Notes: generated from the sequence alone by a model not told the origin. A stretch of DNA of 61,108 nt from an uncultured Anaerolineae bacterium (GCA_964509505.1 CAZDYP010000001.1:1-61108), one strand, 5' to 3'; numbered from the stretch's first letter, positions 47,734 through 57,826 are shown. Numbers and translations: made by a program.

Positions 47734-50700
47734 TATCTCGCCACGAGCGGCAGATAGACATTTTGTTGACTCGCTTGGGGCGTCAGGTTCACGTTCCACA
47801 GTTGCCGATCATCCCACACCGCCACTTGTGACGGCGTCATCATGCGCCCGCCGACTTGGAAGGTCACGGTGCGTCCCAACACGCCGCAACCGATTGTGTC
47901 TGCGCCTTCCGCAGAGACATGCACCACGTACACGATTTGTCCCCCATAACTTTGAGTTTGCCCCTGCCCACAGACCACAGCCTGTCCTGAGCTTGTCGAA
48001 GGATTGATGCGTGCAATCACGCTCATCCCTACGGTGGGCGTGAAGCTCGCGCCCGCTTGGGTGATGCCGTAATAGGTGCTGGGCGGCAGTTGTGCGTTTT
48101 GTGGAGATTCGATGCGCCCTGTGGGTGTCGCACCCTTCAAGAACCACGTGATAGGTTGCGTCACGCTCAACCAGTAGCCTTGCCCAAACTCAAAGGCCGA
48201 CAACGACACCACATAGGGCGGCACATTCGGCGCGTACACTTGCCAGCCATGCGGACCCGCATAGTGATAGACCATGCGCGCTGTTGGGCTAATCGAGGAC
48301 AATGCCTCCGTGACGCTCCGATTCTCCTGAATAGGATAAGCCACGTTGTTCCAGCCTGCATAGGTCAATGGCACAGGATAGGACGACATTAGCGCATAGA
48401 TGCCTTCGCCTTGCGTCGGCGCAATCGCTTCGTTATGATAAACATCCAACGTCGTCGGCAACCGTTGCCACCCCGTACCGTTCCAAAAATAGAGGGACAG
48501 CAAATTTTCTTCGCCTGGCGGCACCTCGCTGCCAGCATAACGGAAGTCTATGCTTGTGTTCGCCAAACTGGCATTGGCGGTCTTCACTAAGCGATAGGCT
48601 GAACCAACCAACGTCGTCCAAGCAGGCGGCGTTGGTACGGTGGAAACGGCTTGTAGCGCGTAGAAGGCACCAACGTTGAACGTCAGGTTCTTGCCGTAGA
48701 TGATGACACGTCCATCACCTGACAACACAGGCGCATCGTCGTTTTGCAAGAAACCAGGGTCGTCATTTTGGAGGAAACCATCATCGTTCTGCAAGAAGCC
48801 GGGGTTGCCGCCTAGCGAGTAATCGCTGATGGCTTCGCGGCGCGGGTCGGCTTCGTTCACCCACACTTGGATGTAACCTTGCGGCGCAGTTTGCGTCAAC
48901 ACGAAGGTCGTCGCCCATTGGTTGCCACCTACGCTGGTCAAGGTCCGCGTTGGCATGGCGTTGGCATTCGCGGGATACAAGCGTGCCCGCAAATTTGGCA
49001 CACTGCTTGCGGTGACGGTCAACACAATGGTGCGCGAGGTGATAGGCGTCACGAGGATGTCGGGTTGCCAACCTGTCTTTTGATAGACTGTGAGTTGTTC
49101 GTTACCCGCGCTGATCGTCTGGCAGCCTACCATTTGCGCCGTGAGGTCATACAGGCACAAGCGGTCGCCTGCACGCGCGCCATAAGCCGTGACCTGATCT
49201 AACTTCGCGCGGCCCGCGTCAAGCAAGCGATTGCCTTGAAAGAGGAACGCACGCGCGCTGCTGCTTGGTTGATAGCGGCTGCCGTCTTGTTGTGTCAGAT
49301 AGAAGATGGGCACGGCGATGGTTTGCGCGGGCGAGAGCGGCGCGACGAAGGCGAGGCTTGGCAGATTCAACGGCAACACGCTGGGCCCCGTGTTGTTCAA
49401 ATTGGGATTCACCCATGGATAGAACGTCTTGATGGTCGCCCATTCAGAGCGGCCCGTGCTTTGTTGGGCAAGCGAAGTTGCGCAGCCCGGCAGCCACGTC
49501 GCTGTGCGTTTGAACTCGCTATAATCATCACGATAGGGGTCAGCCATCGCCGTGTTTGTGCAGGTATCGAGTGGCCGGACGAGGCCATTGGCATTCACAC
49601 TCAAATAGGCATCATCCAAATACAACAAGTAATGACCCAGCTCATGTGCGAGTGTGCGGGGCCAGTCTTCACCAAGTGTGCCGCTCGCCTTGCCATAGCG
49701 ATTCCACGTCGAACCGATGCGAACTTGACCCGGCCCGTATTGCACGGTCGTCGTCACGGGGTCGGTAAGTGTGCGCGTGGCGATGCCGCCTTGCGTTGCG
49801 TTGGGGCGCATGGCGTTGGTGGCATAGAGGCGAATGTCGGCGCTGCTCCAATTCACCTTGTCGTGATAGACGTTGAAGTTGCCAATGGTCGCTTGCCCAT
49901 TCGACCAGTCGTAGAGGAGTTCAGCAGTGCGCTGCAAATCGTATTGGAGTTGGTTAAGGAACGCAGTGTCGTTACGCGCATCCCATTCAAGCGACACGGA
50001 CAAATTGAAGAGGAGGAGTGGCTTGGCGGCGGAGACGGTCAACGTTTGTACGCCCGCTTGTGTCACCGTGTAAGCGTCGAGTCCGTTGACGATAGGCGTC
50101 GCGCTCGTCGCATAGACGGTGTAACTGTTCGTCGCGGAAATGGGATAGAGCGCAATCAAGCGGTCGCCGATGTCGAGTTGTCCACGTCCTTGTAGGTAGC
50201 CTTGCCCATCGGTGCGGAACGGTGTGCCATCTCCGCGTGTGAATGGATTGGCGTCGCGTGTTTGGTTTACAGGTAGGCGATAGACGATAGCATTCGAGAT
50301 CGGTGTGGTGCCCGTGAGGACGCGCACTTGAGTGCCGCGCACGCGGAAGGGGAAAGTGGTGGATGAAGCGTAAGGGCGTTGGAAGAGGGGGACGCTGTTG
50401 GTAAGTGGCTTTAAACTGGGATAGGCTTCGAGGCGGAAGACGACATTGTCGGATGCGCCGAAGAAGCCACTAGCGAACATATCCCATTCATATACATAAG
50501 GTAAGGCTGCAACCATCCACGCGGCACTGCTGAGCGCGAGGTCGTGATTGTTCGCGGTCAAGTCGTAAGCCGTGGAGCCTTTCCCTTCGTTAAAACGCCA
50601 ATAGCCAATCAGTCCAGAGGCATTACTGTGCGAGGGCGCTTGCATCTCTGTCTGAATTTGTGCCTGTGTGCGGACGACGTTCCACAAGCGTACTTCATCC

Positions 50701-53700
50701 AGCGAGCCTTTGAATGCTTGTGCCGGACTAAAACTGCCACCCACTGCATCTTGTTCCTGTCCTAACACGAGCGCGCCACCCGAAGTCAACATTAGTCCAG
50801 TAGCGATGGTACCGGTATAAACAGGCATGCCATCTTTATAGAGCTTGACTTGCCCATCGGAGTTGCGCCACGTCACGGCGATGTGATGCCATTGCCCATC
50901 GTTAGCCGAGACACCTGTGTTGCCTGTCGTTTGGCCTGCAATATAGATGACAAAGTTTCGATAGTTGTAGAGGGTGAGGTGATTATCTGAACCCGTCACC
51001 GCGTACGAAAACGGCGTGCCATTATTGGCGGTATCGTCGGATTTCATCCAGAAAGACACGGTGGCTGCGGTGTTGGGGAAGCCTGTGAAGGGATTTTCAA
51101 TCGCATAATCATTCCCGCCTCCAAACAGCAGTCCATAGCCCAAGTGGTTGGTGGTCAGGTTGCTCGTTAACGTACCGCTCGCCGCCGTTGCCGTATACCA
51201 CTTACCGCCGCCATCGGGCGAGTAATAGGCGCGGATATTGATCGCGTCCCCGTCAAGGTCAGACAGTGTATAAGTAATGGGGATGATGAGCGAACGCACG
51301 AGGGTATTGCTATAAGCAAAATTGGCGTTCGCGAGCAGATCAGGTCGGTTGAGTGCAACGCGCGGTGGGTTATTGGGTAGCTTACGCGCATGTGCCAGTC
51401 CGTTCAAATAGACCACACTCTGCGCTCCTGATGTTGACGAGCAACTGGGATCGGTGGTGGCGTTGCCCGTCACAATATCCAAATCACCATCGCCATCTAC
51501 ATCACCCAGCGCTACACTAACCGTCGCATCGGTGCCTGCGCCAAAATTGTGTGCGCTGCCAGACTCGGTAAAGTTGCCTGCGCCATCATTCAGGTAAACC
51601 GCGTTTTGCTCGCCTTGGTAGCAATCCGTAGAGCCTCTGGATGCGCCTGAATTGCCGACGACGATATCGAGATCGCCGTCCCCATCTACGTCACCCACTG
51701 CGATGTCCATTGTGTAATCCCAGCCTGTGCCGAAATTACGCACACCTCCAGGCCAGTTGAAGTGGCCCGCGCCATCGTTCAAATAAACAAGGTTCTGTTG
51801 GTTGTAATAGCCCACCACCATATCGTAGTCGCCGTCACCGTCTACGTCAGCTAGCGTGGTGTCGCCTAAGTTGCTGCCGAAACTCAGCACACCTCCAGGC
51901 CAGTTGAAGTTGCCTGCGCCATCATTCAAATAAACTGCACCAGAGCTATTCACATCGGCGATTACGTCAAGGTCCCCATCGCCATCCACATCGCCAATCG
52001 CTCTTACACCTGTGCCTGTGGTGCGTGTGGTAGGGAAGCTGCCAGTGCCATCGTTGAATGCGATCATGCCATTGTAGCTGACGGCGTCTAATGCGCCGTC
52101 GCTGTTCATGTCACCGACAGCAATAATGGCGCCTATGCCAACGGTGCGCGTTATAGAGAAATTCGCTGTGCCATCGTTCAGATAGATCGTGTTGCCACTG
52201 ACAATATCCAACTTGCTGTCGCCGTTCATGTCGGCGACGAGGCCGCCTGCGGTCAAGGTGCGAGTGACGGAAAAATTCCCCGCTCCATCGTTCAGATAGA
52301 GCACGTTTGGTCCATAGGCAGCTGTGGTCACGATGTCCAAAGTGCCATCGCCATCCATGTCTCCCAAAGTGGTACGCACAAGGTTGTTTGTGCTGGGACC
52401 GAAGTTGCGCGCCACTGGGAATTGGCTCGCGCCGTTGTTCAGATACACCGCGCCATACTCCAGTGGATTCGTGATGAAATCATTCCCGACGATAAGGTCG
52501 AGACTGCCATTGCTATCCATGTCGCCAGCTACGAGTGCGTAAGTTTGATTCGAGCTGTCAACACAGATGGCATTCGTCGTAACGCCGCAAGTGACCACAC
52601 CTAGCCAGAAGTTTCCAGAGCCATTATTCAAGTACACCACATTCTGTCCGGGATCGTAGAAGGGATCACCGAAGAATCCATTTTTGACATTGCCCACCCC
52701 GATGTCCAAGTCCCCGTCATTGTCCACATCACCTAAAACCACGCTCTTGGTATTATCATATCCCGTGCCGAAAGTGCGTGTATAGCCAACGGTATTGGGA
52801 AAGTTGCCCGTGCCGTCATTCAAGTAGATGATGTTGGGGGCACCACAGCTAGAAAAACATAAGGCGCTATACTGTGGACCATTGCCCGTCACAATATCCA
52901 GATCGCTATCGCCGTCTATGTCTCCGATGGCGACGCTGTACGTTGTGTCTGACCCCGTGCCAAAATTACGCGCGGTGAAGTTTGCGGTGCCGTCGTTGAT
53001 ATAGACGACATTTTGTCCACCTGTGCATGGGCCAAAGCACGACTCCACATCTCCTGTGACGATGTCCAAATCACCATCGCCATCTACATCCCCTATGACG
53101 ATGGTTTGCGAGTTCGAGCCAAAGGTGCGCGTGAGTGGGAAGTTGCCTGTGCCGTCGTTCAGATAAACGATGTTTTGGCCACTGCTCACCGCAGCAATAT
53201 CTAAGTGTCCATCACCGTTCAAGTCGCCTACAGCTGCACTCACTGCGCTCGCGCTGAAGGTGCGCGTGATGAGGAAATTGCCTGCCCCGTCATTCAAGTA
53301 CGCAATGCGATGAGCGATGAGGTCAAGGTCACCATCTCGATCCAGATCGCCTACTACGATACTTAGCGCATTCGTGCCAAAGGTGCGTGTGAGCGGGAAA
53401 TTGCCCGTGCCATCGTTCAGATAAACGACATTAGGCTGACCACTATTGCCTACTGCAAAGTCGAGGCCTCCATCGCCATCGAGGTCACCAACGGCAATGC
53501 TGCGGGTATTCTCTGTGCCATTACCAAATAAGCGTTTGATCGTGAAGGTATTCGCATCGGCTTGAGGTAATTGCAGCGGCACCGCCGCAACTGGCACGGG
53601 TGCGAGCGCGCGCACCAACAGCAATAAACATGCGAGGGGCAATAGATGTGCGGCAGCGAGGCGCGTCTGCACATTGAAGAAGCGTGCGGTCATCCTAGTA

Positions 53701-53717
53701 CGATTGAAGTGTGTCAT
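47733..53717 (-). CDS. giant secreted protein: ~20 FG-GAP/VCBS repeats + LamG (concanavalin-like) domain + HEXXH zincin-like region + C-terminal beta-rich domains
   Basis: Track ORF to 53771; Met at 53717 or 53693 precedes signal peptide RLAAAHLLPLACLLLLVRALA. Repeated GDLDGDGDLD..VYLNDGTGNF units; LamG motif SLDEVRLWNVVRTQAQIQ; LAHELGHYLLY (HELGH at 49632-49646). Confidence 0.8.
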   Translation of the reverse strand: MTHFNRTRMTARFFNVQTRLAAAHLLPLACLLLLVRALAPVPVAAVPLQLPQADANTFTIKRLFGNGTENTRSIAVGDLDGDGGLDFAVGNSGQPNVVYLNDGTGNFPLTRTFGTNALSIVVGDLDRDGDLDLIAHRIAYLNDGAGNFLITRTFSASAVSAAVGDLNGDGHLDIAAVSSGQNIVYLNDGTGNFPLTRTFGSNSQTIVIGDVDGDGDLDIVTGDVESCFGPCTGGQNVVYINDGTANFTARNFGTGSDTTYSVAIGDIDGDSDLDIVTGNGPQYSALCFSSCGAPNIIYLNDGTGNFPNTVGYTRTFGTGYDNTKSVVLGDVDNDGDLDIGVGNVKNGFFGDPFYDPGQNVVYLNNGSGNFWLGVVTCGVTTNAICVDSSNQTYALVAGDMDSNGSLDLIVGNDFITNPLEYGAVYLNNGASQFPVARNFGPSTNNLVRTTLGDMDGDGTLDIVTTAAYGPNVLYLNDGAGNFSVTRTLTAGGLVADMNGDSKLDIVSGNTIYLNDGTANFSITRTVGIGAIIAVGDMNSDGALDAVSYNGMIAFNDGTGSFPTTRTTGTGVRAIGDVDGDGDLDVIADVNSSGAVYLNDGAGNFNWPGGVLSFGSNLGDTTLADVDGDGDYDMVVGYYNQQNLVYLNDGAGHFNWPGGVRNFGTGWDYTMDIAVGDVDGDGDLDIVVGNSGASRGSTDCYQGEQNAVYLNDGAGNFTESGSAHNFGAGTDATVSVALGDVDGDGDLDIVTGNATTDPSCSSTSGAQSVVYLNGLAHARKLPNNPPRVALNRPDLLANANFAYSNTLVRSLIIPITYTLSDLDGDAINIRAYYSPDGGGKWYTATAASGTLTSNLTTNHLGYGLLFGGGNDYAIENPFTGFPNTAATVSFWMKSDDTANNGTPFSYAVTGSDNHLTLYNYRNFVIYIAGQTTGNTGVSANDGQWHHIAVTWRNSDGQVKLYKDGMPVYTGTIATGLMLTSGGALVLGQEQDAVGGSFSPAQAFKGSLDEVRLWNVVRTQAQIQTEMQAPSHSNASGLIGYWRFNEGKGSTAYDLTANNHDLALSSAAWMVAALPYVYEWDMFASGFFGASDNVVFRLEAYPSLKPLTNSVPLFQRPYASSTTFPFRVRGTQVRVLTGTTPISNAIVYRLPVNQTRDANPFTRGDGTPFRTDGQGYLQGRGQLDIGDRLIALYPISATNSYTVYATSATPIVNGLDAYTVTQAGVQTLTVSAAKPLLLFNLSVSLEWDARNDTAFLNQLQYDLQRTAELLYDWSNGQATIGNFNVYHDKVNWSSADIRLYATNAMRPNATQGGIATRTLTDPVTTTVQYGPGQVRIGSTWNRYGKASGTLGEDWPRTLAHELGHYLLYLDDAYLSVNANGLVRPLDTCTNTAMADPYRDDYSEFKRTATWLPGCATSLAQQSTGRSEWATIKTFYPWVNPNLNNTGPSVLPLNLPSLAFVAPLSPAQTIAVPIFYLTQQDGSRYQPSSSARAFLFQGNRLLDAGRAKLDQVTAYGARAGDRLCLYDLTAQMVGCQTISAGNEQLTVYQKTGWQPDILVTPITSRTIVLTVTASSVPNLRARLYPANANAMPTRTLTSVGGNQWATTFVLTQTAPQGYIQVWVNEADPRREAISDYSLGGNPGFLQNDDGFLQNDDPGFLQNDDAPVLSGDGRVIIYGKNLTFNVGAFYALQAVSTVPTPPAWTTLVGSAYRLVKTANASLANTSIDFRYAGSEVPPGEENLLSLYFWNGTGWQRLPTTLDVYHNEAIAPTQGEGIYALMSSYPVPLTYAGWNNVAYPIQENRSVTEALSSISPTARMVYHYAGPHGWQVYAPNVPPYVVSLSAFEFGQGYWLSVTQPITWFLKGATPTGRIESPQNAQLPPSTYYGITQAGASFTPTVGMSVIARINPSTSSGQAVVCGQGQTQSYGGQIVYVVHVSAEGADTIGCGVLGRTVTFQVGGRMMTPSQVAVWDDRQLWNVNLTPQASQQNVYLPLVAR
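48733..48806 (-). repeat. in-frame triple tandem repeat encoding (P)GFLQNDD x3
   Basis: NPGFLQNDD GFLQNDD PGFLQNDD; three 21-27-nt DNA units. Confidence 0.8.
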
Positions 53718-54018
53718 TGGTGAACTCCTATTGGGACGTACTGAGGCAACCACGTCTTGAGACAGCCACAAAACTCGTTACCGCACTGCGTTTGTTTCTC
53801 AAGGTGTGGTTGTATGGATTGGTGTCGGGAAAGTAGGGGTGAAGCATTTGCGCCAAAGTAGCTTGAAAAACAAGGCATCCCCACGCAAAGGCTTCGCCTC
53901 TACGCTAAACTTGGTGACAGTATAGCCGATTTGCGGCGCGTTGTCTGTGCGCTAGTTCACATTTGGCGAGGCAAATTATACAGTTCATAAATTCCTCAAT
54001 GGAGTGGTCTACGCAAAG

Positions 54019-54048
54019 TTTGCCCCCACCCTATCCGTTGGCTATAAT
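54019..54048 (+). promoter_or_regulatory. candidate promoter TTGCCC-18 nt-TATAAT for the Crp-family gene
   Basis: -35 54019-54024, -10 54043-54048; would place the heptamer array in the 5' UTR. Confidence 0.35.
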
Positions 54049-54053
54049 CTCCT

Positions 54054-54116
54054 CATCGCCATCTACTATCCGCTATTCGCCGTCTGCCATTCGCCATTCG
54101 CCATCTACCATTTACA
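54054..54116. repeat. nine-unit heptamer array (ATTCGCC words)
   Basis: CATCGCC ATCTACT ATCCGCT ATTCGCC GTCTGCC ATTCGCC ATTCGCC ATCTACC ATTTACA. Confidence 0.8.
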
Positions 54117-54188
54117 TCCTGACAGCGTTGTTTGCGGTGTCGAAGGACACCATGCTAAAGCACCGCTTCGCTGTCCGCCATCTGCCTT

Positions 54189-54917
54189 ATGAACCCCTCT
54201 GAAAAAATTCTCCCTTTCTTGAAACAGCTCCCCCTCTTCGCCACGCTGAACGACGACGCACTGCAAACCATCAGTCACGACTTCTCTTTGCGCGCCTACA
54301 CTCAAGGCCAGCTCATTGTGCATCAAGCGGACACGAGCCGCGCCTTGTACATCGTGCAGAAAGGCAAAGCGCGGATTTTCAAGACCTCGCCTGAAGGTCA
54401 CGAGATGACCATCAACATCCTCACAGTAGGTGACATCTTCGGTGAGTTTGCGGTGTTTGACCGTCAGCCACGCTCCGCCTCGGTCGAGGCACTCACGCGT
54501 TGCGCGCTGTTACACATGAATGGTGAGCAATTTGTGTGGCATTTTCGTGCCGTACCTGAACTCGCGTTTCAGACGGCGTGCCTGCTTGCCACCAAAGCGC
54601 GTTGGACAACAACCTATGCGGAATTGATGGGACAATACGATGCGGCTGGTCGCTTATTGCATTTGTTCCTGTTGTACAAAGAGCATTTCGGCGAGGAGCT
54701 CGAAGCGGGGAAACGCTATACAGTGGATTTGTCGCTGAACCAAGCAGGGCTGGCATCGTTGGTTGGCGTGCGGCGCGAGTGGGTCAGTCGCCTGCTGAAG
54801 CAGTGGCACGCGCGAGGCCTCCTCGCATATCAGCACGGAAAGATCATCATCCTCGACTTGCCGCAGGTCGTGGCAGAACGCGATCGGCACATCGAGGCGA
54901 ACGTCAGCCTCAGTTAG
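54189..54917 (+). CDS. Crp/Fnr-family transcriptional regulator
   Basis: 242 aa; cNMP-binding domain (LYIVQKGKARIF..GDIFGE) and C-terminal HTH (LNQAGLASLVGVRREWVSRLLKQW). Confidence 0.85.
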   Translation: MNPSEKILPFLKQLPLFATLNDDALQTISHDFSLRAYTQGQLIVHQADTSRALYIVQKGKARIFKTSPEGHEMTINILTVGDIFGEFAVFDRQPRSASVEALTRCALLHMNGEQFVWHFRAVPELAFQTACLLATKARWTTTYAELMGQYDAAGRLLHLFLLYKEHFGEELEAGKRYTVDLSLNQAGLASLVGVRREWVSRLLKQWHARGLLAYQHGKIIILDLPQVVAERDRHIEANVSLS

Positions 54918-55776
54918 TTTTTCGCGCCACGATCACACACAAATTGCTTTGGCTCTCATCCACCGTGCCGATGAGCGAGAGGAAAAATGTGGTGTTGGCA
55001 AAGCCGCACTCTTGCAACAGCGTGCGATAATCGTCGGAGGTGTATGCTTGAAAGGTGTTGGTGTATGAGGTGACGTTGCCGTTGCCCAGTGTGACAATGA
55101 AGTAGCGGTTGGTGGTGGCGCGTTCCGCCTCGTGCCAGAAATGCTCGGTCAAGCAGAGATAAGGTTCTTCGGAAAATAAACCTCGCTCGCGCATGTACCA
55201 TGTTGGCGCTTGTTGCCCCATGGGTTGAATCGCCGCGAAGGTGTGCGGCTCAAGCAACAAAATACCATCATCAACCAGTGCAGCGTGCGCTTGTTTGAGG
55301 ATGTGTTCGGCAGCGGGACGACGAAACACATTCAGCTCACCATAAATCAACATCACCAAGCCATAGCCTGCGCCATAGTCGGCGGCACGCACATCCGTGA
55401 GCTCATAGCGACAGGCCAGCGCATGAGTTTGTGCTTGCTCTCTCGCATACGCAATGGAAGCAGGTGAGTAGTCAATGCCGACGCACGTGTGACCCAACGC
55501 GGCGAGGCGACTCGTGTATAGACCTGGTCCGCAACCGAGGTCAAGGATTTTTGTGGGTTGCTCATGCAAGATGATCTGATGAATCCACGCCACCTGTTCA
55601 TCTATTTTTGCGAAGCGCCGACTCGCGGCGTCGTGCGCTTGTGACAGGTGCTCCTTGAGCATTCGTGCGCTGAAGGCAGGTTCGTGCCATGGGATGTTGT
55701 CGCCTTCGCTCCAGGGGATGGGGGGAATCGTGCGAGTGAGAATAATGGGGAGGGTGAGAGGGTTTAAGGCGGACAT
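54910..55776 (-). CDS. class I SAM-dependent methyltransferase
   Basis: Track ORF to 55806 overlaps the upstream gene; ATG 55776 (MSALNPL..) starts 8 nt after its stop; motif I ILDLGCGPGLYTSRLA. Confidence 0.8.
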   Translation of the reverse strand: MSALNPLTLPIILTRTIPPIPWSEGDNIPWHEPAFSARMLKEHLSQAHDAASRRFAKIDEQVAWIHQIILHEQPTKILDLGCGPGLYTSRLAALGHTCVGIDYSPASIAYAREQAQTHALACRYELTDVRAADYGAGYGLVMLIYGELNVFRRPAAEHILKQAHAALVDDGILLLEPHTFAAIQPMGQQAPTWYMRERGLFSEEPYLCLTEHFWHEAERATTNRYFIVTLGNGNVTSYTNTFQAYTSDDYRTLLQECGFANTTFFLSLIGTVDESQSNLCVIVARKTN

Positions 55777-55784
55777 GAATATGT

Positions 55785-57758
55785 CTATTCTGTCTCCACA
55801 AACCAATCTTCACTGGACAAACCGATTGATTCAATTGCCTGTGTGCAGAAGCGATAAATGGCTTCTGCTGAGAGATTCATTTCAATATAAACCCCATTAC
55901 TGAGCTGGCGTATGTGACGAAACTTTCCAGCATCCGTGCCAATGAAACGAGGATACTCTTTCGTGAGTGCAGAAAAGGAATCCGGCTCAAGTTCAGCGAT
56001 CGTATTCAAAGTATGAGCTTGAACATCTCGCCATGACTTGATTGAGAATCTTTGCCCTAGAATAGTTACAGCTTTAGGAGTTTTGCCTTTTACACTATCA
56101 ACAGTGGCAGGGGGGGATTGCTCTTCACCAAAGTAAGACCATGCTTTTAGAGCTAGCTCAGCCAAAACTTTGGACCGCTTTTCAATGGTCTCTCGATTCC
56201 AAGAGCTCTGGTCTTGAAAATACCGATTGAGTTCAAGATGACTGTTGGCAAGCCGCTGTTTCTTTTTGGGAAATGGGTCATTAGAAAGTTCGGAGTTATA
56301 AGCTGTGAATGTCAGATTACCTAACGTGTTTAAGCACAACTCATGGTCAGCTTGCCAATCTTCGCCTAGATGACCTTGCCACCAACTTGTAAGCGTTTGT
56401 GGCATGATGTGTTCTATGGTTAGGTTATCAAATGATGACTGTTCTTTGTGTTGATGGGCTGACTCTAATGTTTCCAGAATCAGTCTGGTCTTAATCAACC
56501 TTTCACCAGCGCCATAGAGCTTTGAGTCGGTTAGTCGGGTATAAAACTCAGTGTCTTTAGGGTAGCCACGCGACTGTAGAATTGAGCGAACACCATCAGC
56601 CAAGCTGGAGGAATTCTTTAGCTGGGCTTGCCCATGTAGCAGGGGAAAGATTTTATTGAGCTGGCTAGTTGGAATGTTGCAGACAAAACGCCGTATCACG
56701 AAGTTCTCAAGCGTTTGGAGTATCTTGAGAAATTCGTTAGCTGAAATTTGGTGTTGAGCGTAATCGTGGTAGCAGTTCAGTAAAAAGGGATAGGCTGTTG
56801 TGATTTCAAGCCGATTGAGACGAGTTAAAGCGTTCCTGAGGTGAACATCAAGTTCATTTTCAGGCGCAAGAAGCTTTTTGTAATACTCGGCAAAAATTGC
56901 GATATCTTTCAGAGCCTTTAAGGCATCACTCTGCCCTACACGATCTTTAAGTGTGAAGTAAACATCACTCTGCTTGACAATCGCGCCGTTGCGCATCAGG
57001 TAGTGGCGAATGCACTCTGTTAGATTTTCACCCAATGCTGTTTGCATTGGCTCCCAGTATGTAGCGTGAATGGTTTCTTGCTCGTCCACATGGATTCGCA
57101 TAAAGAAATAGTTGCGAATCAAATCCGATTGTGTGAGCGGCCGCCCTTTGGCATTGAGGCTTTCAAAAACCAAATGAGGGTTATCGTCGTATTCGAGTAC
57201 GATGCTGACTACAGACAATCGGGTGGAGATAATTTTGTTGAGGGCCTTGATTATTTCTAAGCCACTTTGCTTGAGCTTGCGCTCAAAAAATTGATAACAC
57301 TGTGAAATCCGACTGTCTGCCCTTATCTCTTTTCCCTGCACTAGATTTTTGAAGCTATCTCGGTCAACTTGTGTAGGCAGCAGCTTGAAATAATCCCCGC
57401 CTTTCTTGAAGGGGTTTACCAGCATCATCTGTTCAATTTCCTCTGCCAAGTCGCCGCTGTCATTCTTCTTTGCTGCGTCGCGGAGCAGCGTCAGCAGGAT
57501 GAAAATGGTAGTGAGTCTCTGTTGCCCATCTATCAACAAGAACTTTGAGACTCCCTCTGGCACTGAAACTGTGGGCATCGTGACGATTGAGCCAATGAAG
57601 TGGCTTTTAGGCTCTTCGTTCTCACATAGCCACACCAAATCCTCCCACAATACATCCCATTCCTTTTTCTCCCAGCTATAAGGTCGCTGGAACAATGGGA
57701 CAACATATTGTTTTGTGCCTTCGATGATGGGTTGAAATTTTGTCTCTGATGCTTTCAT
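55785..57758 (-). CDS. GmrSD-type DUF262/DUF1524 protein (putative type IV modification-dependent restriction nuclease)
   Basis: 657 aa; DUF262 motifs YVVPLFQRPYSWEKKEW and LIDGQQRLTT; DUF1524 His-Me motif LTIEHIMPQ and LGNLTFTAYNSELSN; visibly AT-richer than its flanks. Confidence 0.8.
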   Translation of the reverse strand: MKASETKFQPIIEGTKQYVVPLFQRPYSWEKKEWDVLWEDLVWLCENEEPKSHFIGSIVTMPTVSVPEGVSKFLLIDGQQRLTTIFILLTLLRDAAKKNDSGDLAEEIEQMMLVNPFKKGGDYFKLLPTQVDRDSFKNLVQGKEIRADSRISQCYQFFERKLKQSGLEIIKALNKIISTRLSVVSIVLEYDDNPHLVFESLNAKGRPLTQSDLIRNYFFMRIHVDEQETIHATYWEPMQTALGENLTECIRHYLMRNGAIVKQSDVYFTLKDRVGQSDALKALKDIAIFAEYYKKLLAPENELDVHLRNALTRLNRLEITTAYPFLLNCYHDYAQHQISANEFLKILQTLENFVIRRFVCNIPTSQLNKIFPLLHGQAQLKNSSSLADGVRSILQSRGYPKDTEFYTRLTDSKLYGAGERLIKTRLILETLESAHQHKEQSSFDNLTIEHIMPQTLTSWWQGHLGEDWQADHELCLNTLGNLTFTAYNSELSNDPFPKKKQRLANSHLELNRYFQDQSSWNRETIEKRSKVLAELALKAWSYFGEEQSPPATVDSVKGKTPKAVTILGQRFSIKSWRDVQAHTLNTIAELEPDSFSALTKEYPRFIGTDAGKFRHIRQLSNGVYIEMNLSAEAIYRFCTQAIESIGLSSEDWFVETE

Positions 57759-57826
57759 GGGCTGTCTTCACCAACGCAGATTTCTTAGACAAGCGGCGCA
57801 CCATCTCTGATGCGCCGCGCTAATCT

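Noticed and set aside
47980-48002. GCCTGTCCTGAGCTTGTCGAAGG (translated PSTSSGQA; reverse strand ..LSLSKD) resembles half of a palindromic element common in some genomes
   Set aside because: Only one arm is present with no partner in the window, so I cannot distinguish an element remnant from ordinary coding sequence.
47733-53717. Diversity-generating retroelement or cassette-type variation in the repetitive giant gene
   Set aside because: No reverse transcriptase and no template/variable repeat pair with adenine-specific differences are present. The repetition is explained by divergent FG-GAP modules.
53963-54202. Two overlapping 62-79-aa ORFs upstream of the Crp gene
   Set aside because: They are translations of the ATTCGCC heptamer array (SPSAIRHSPSTI...), so they are repeat artefacts.
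57793-57818. GCGGCGCA-N10-TGCGCCGC hairpin as the thiolase terminator
   Set aside because: The 8-bp stem is real but is not followed by a U-tract on the minus strand. I cannot call it a terminator with confidence, so it is left unannotated.
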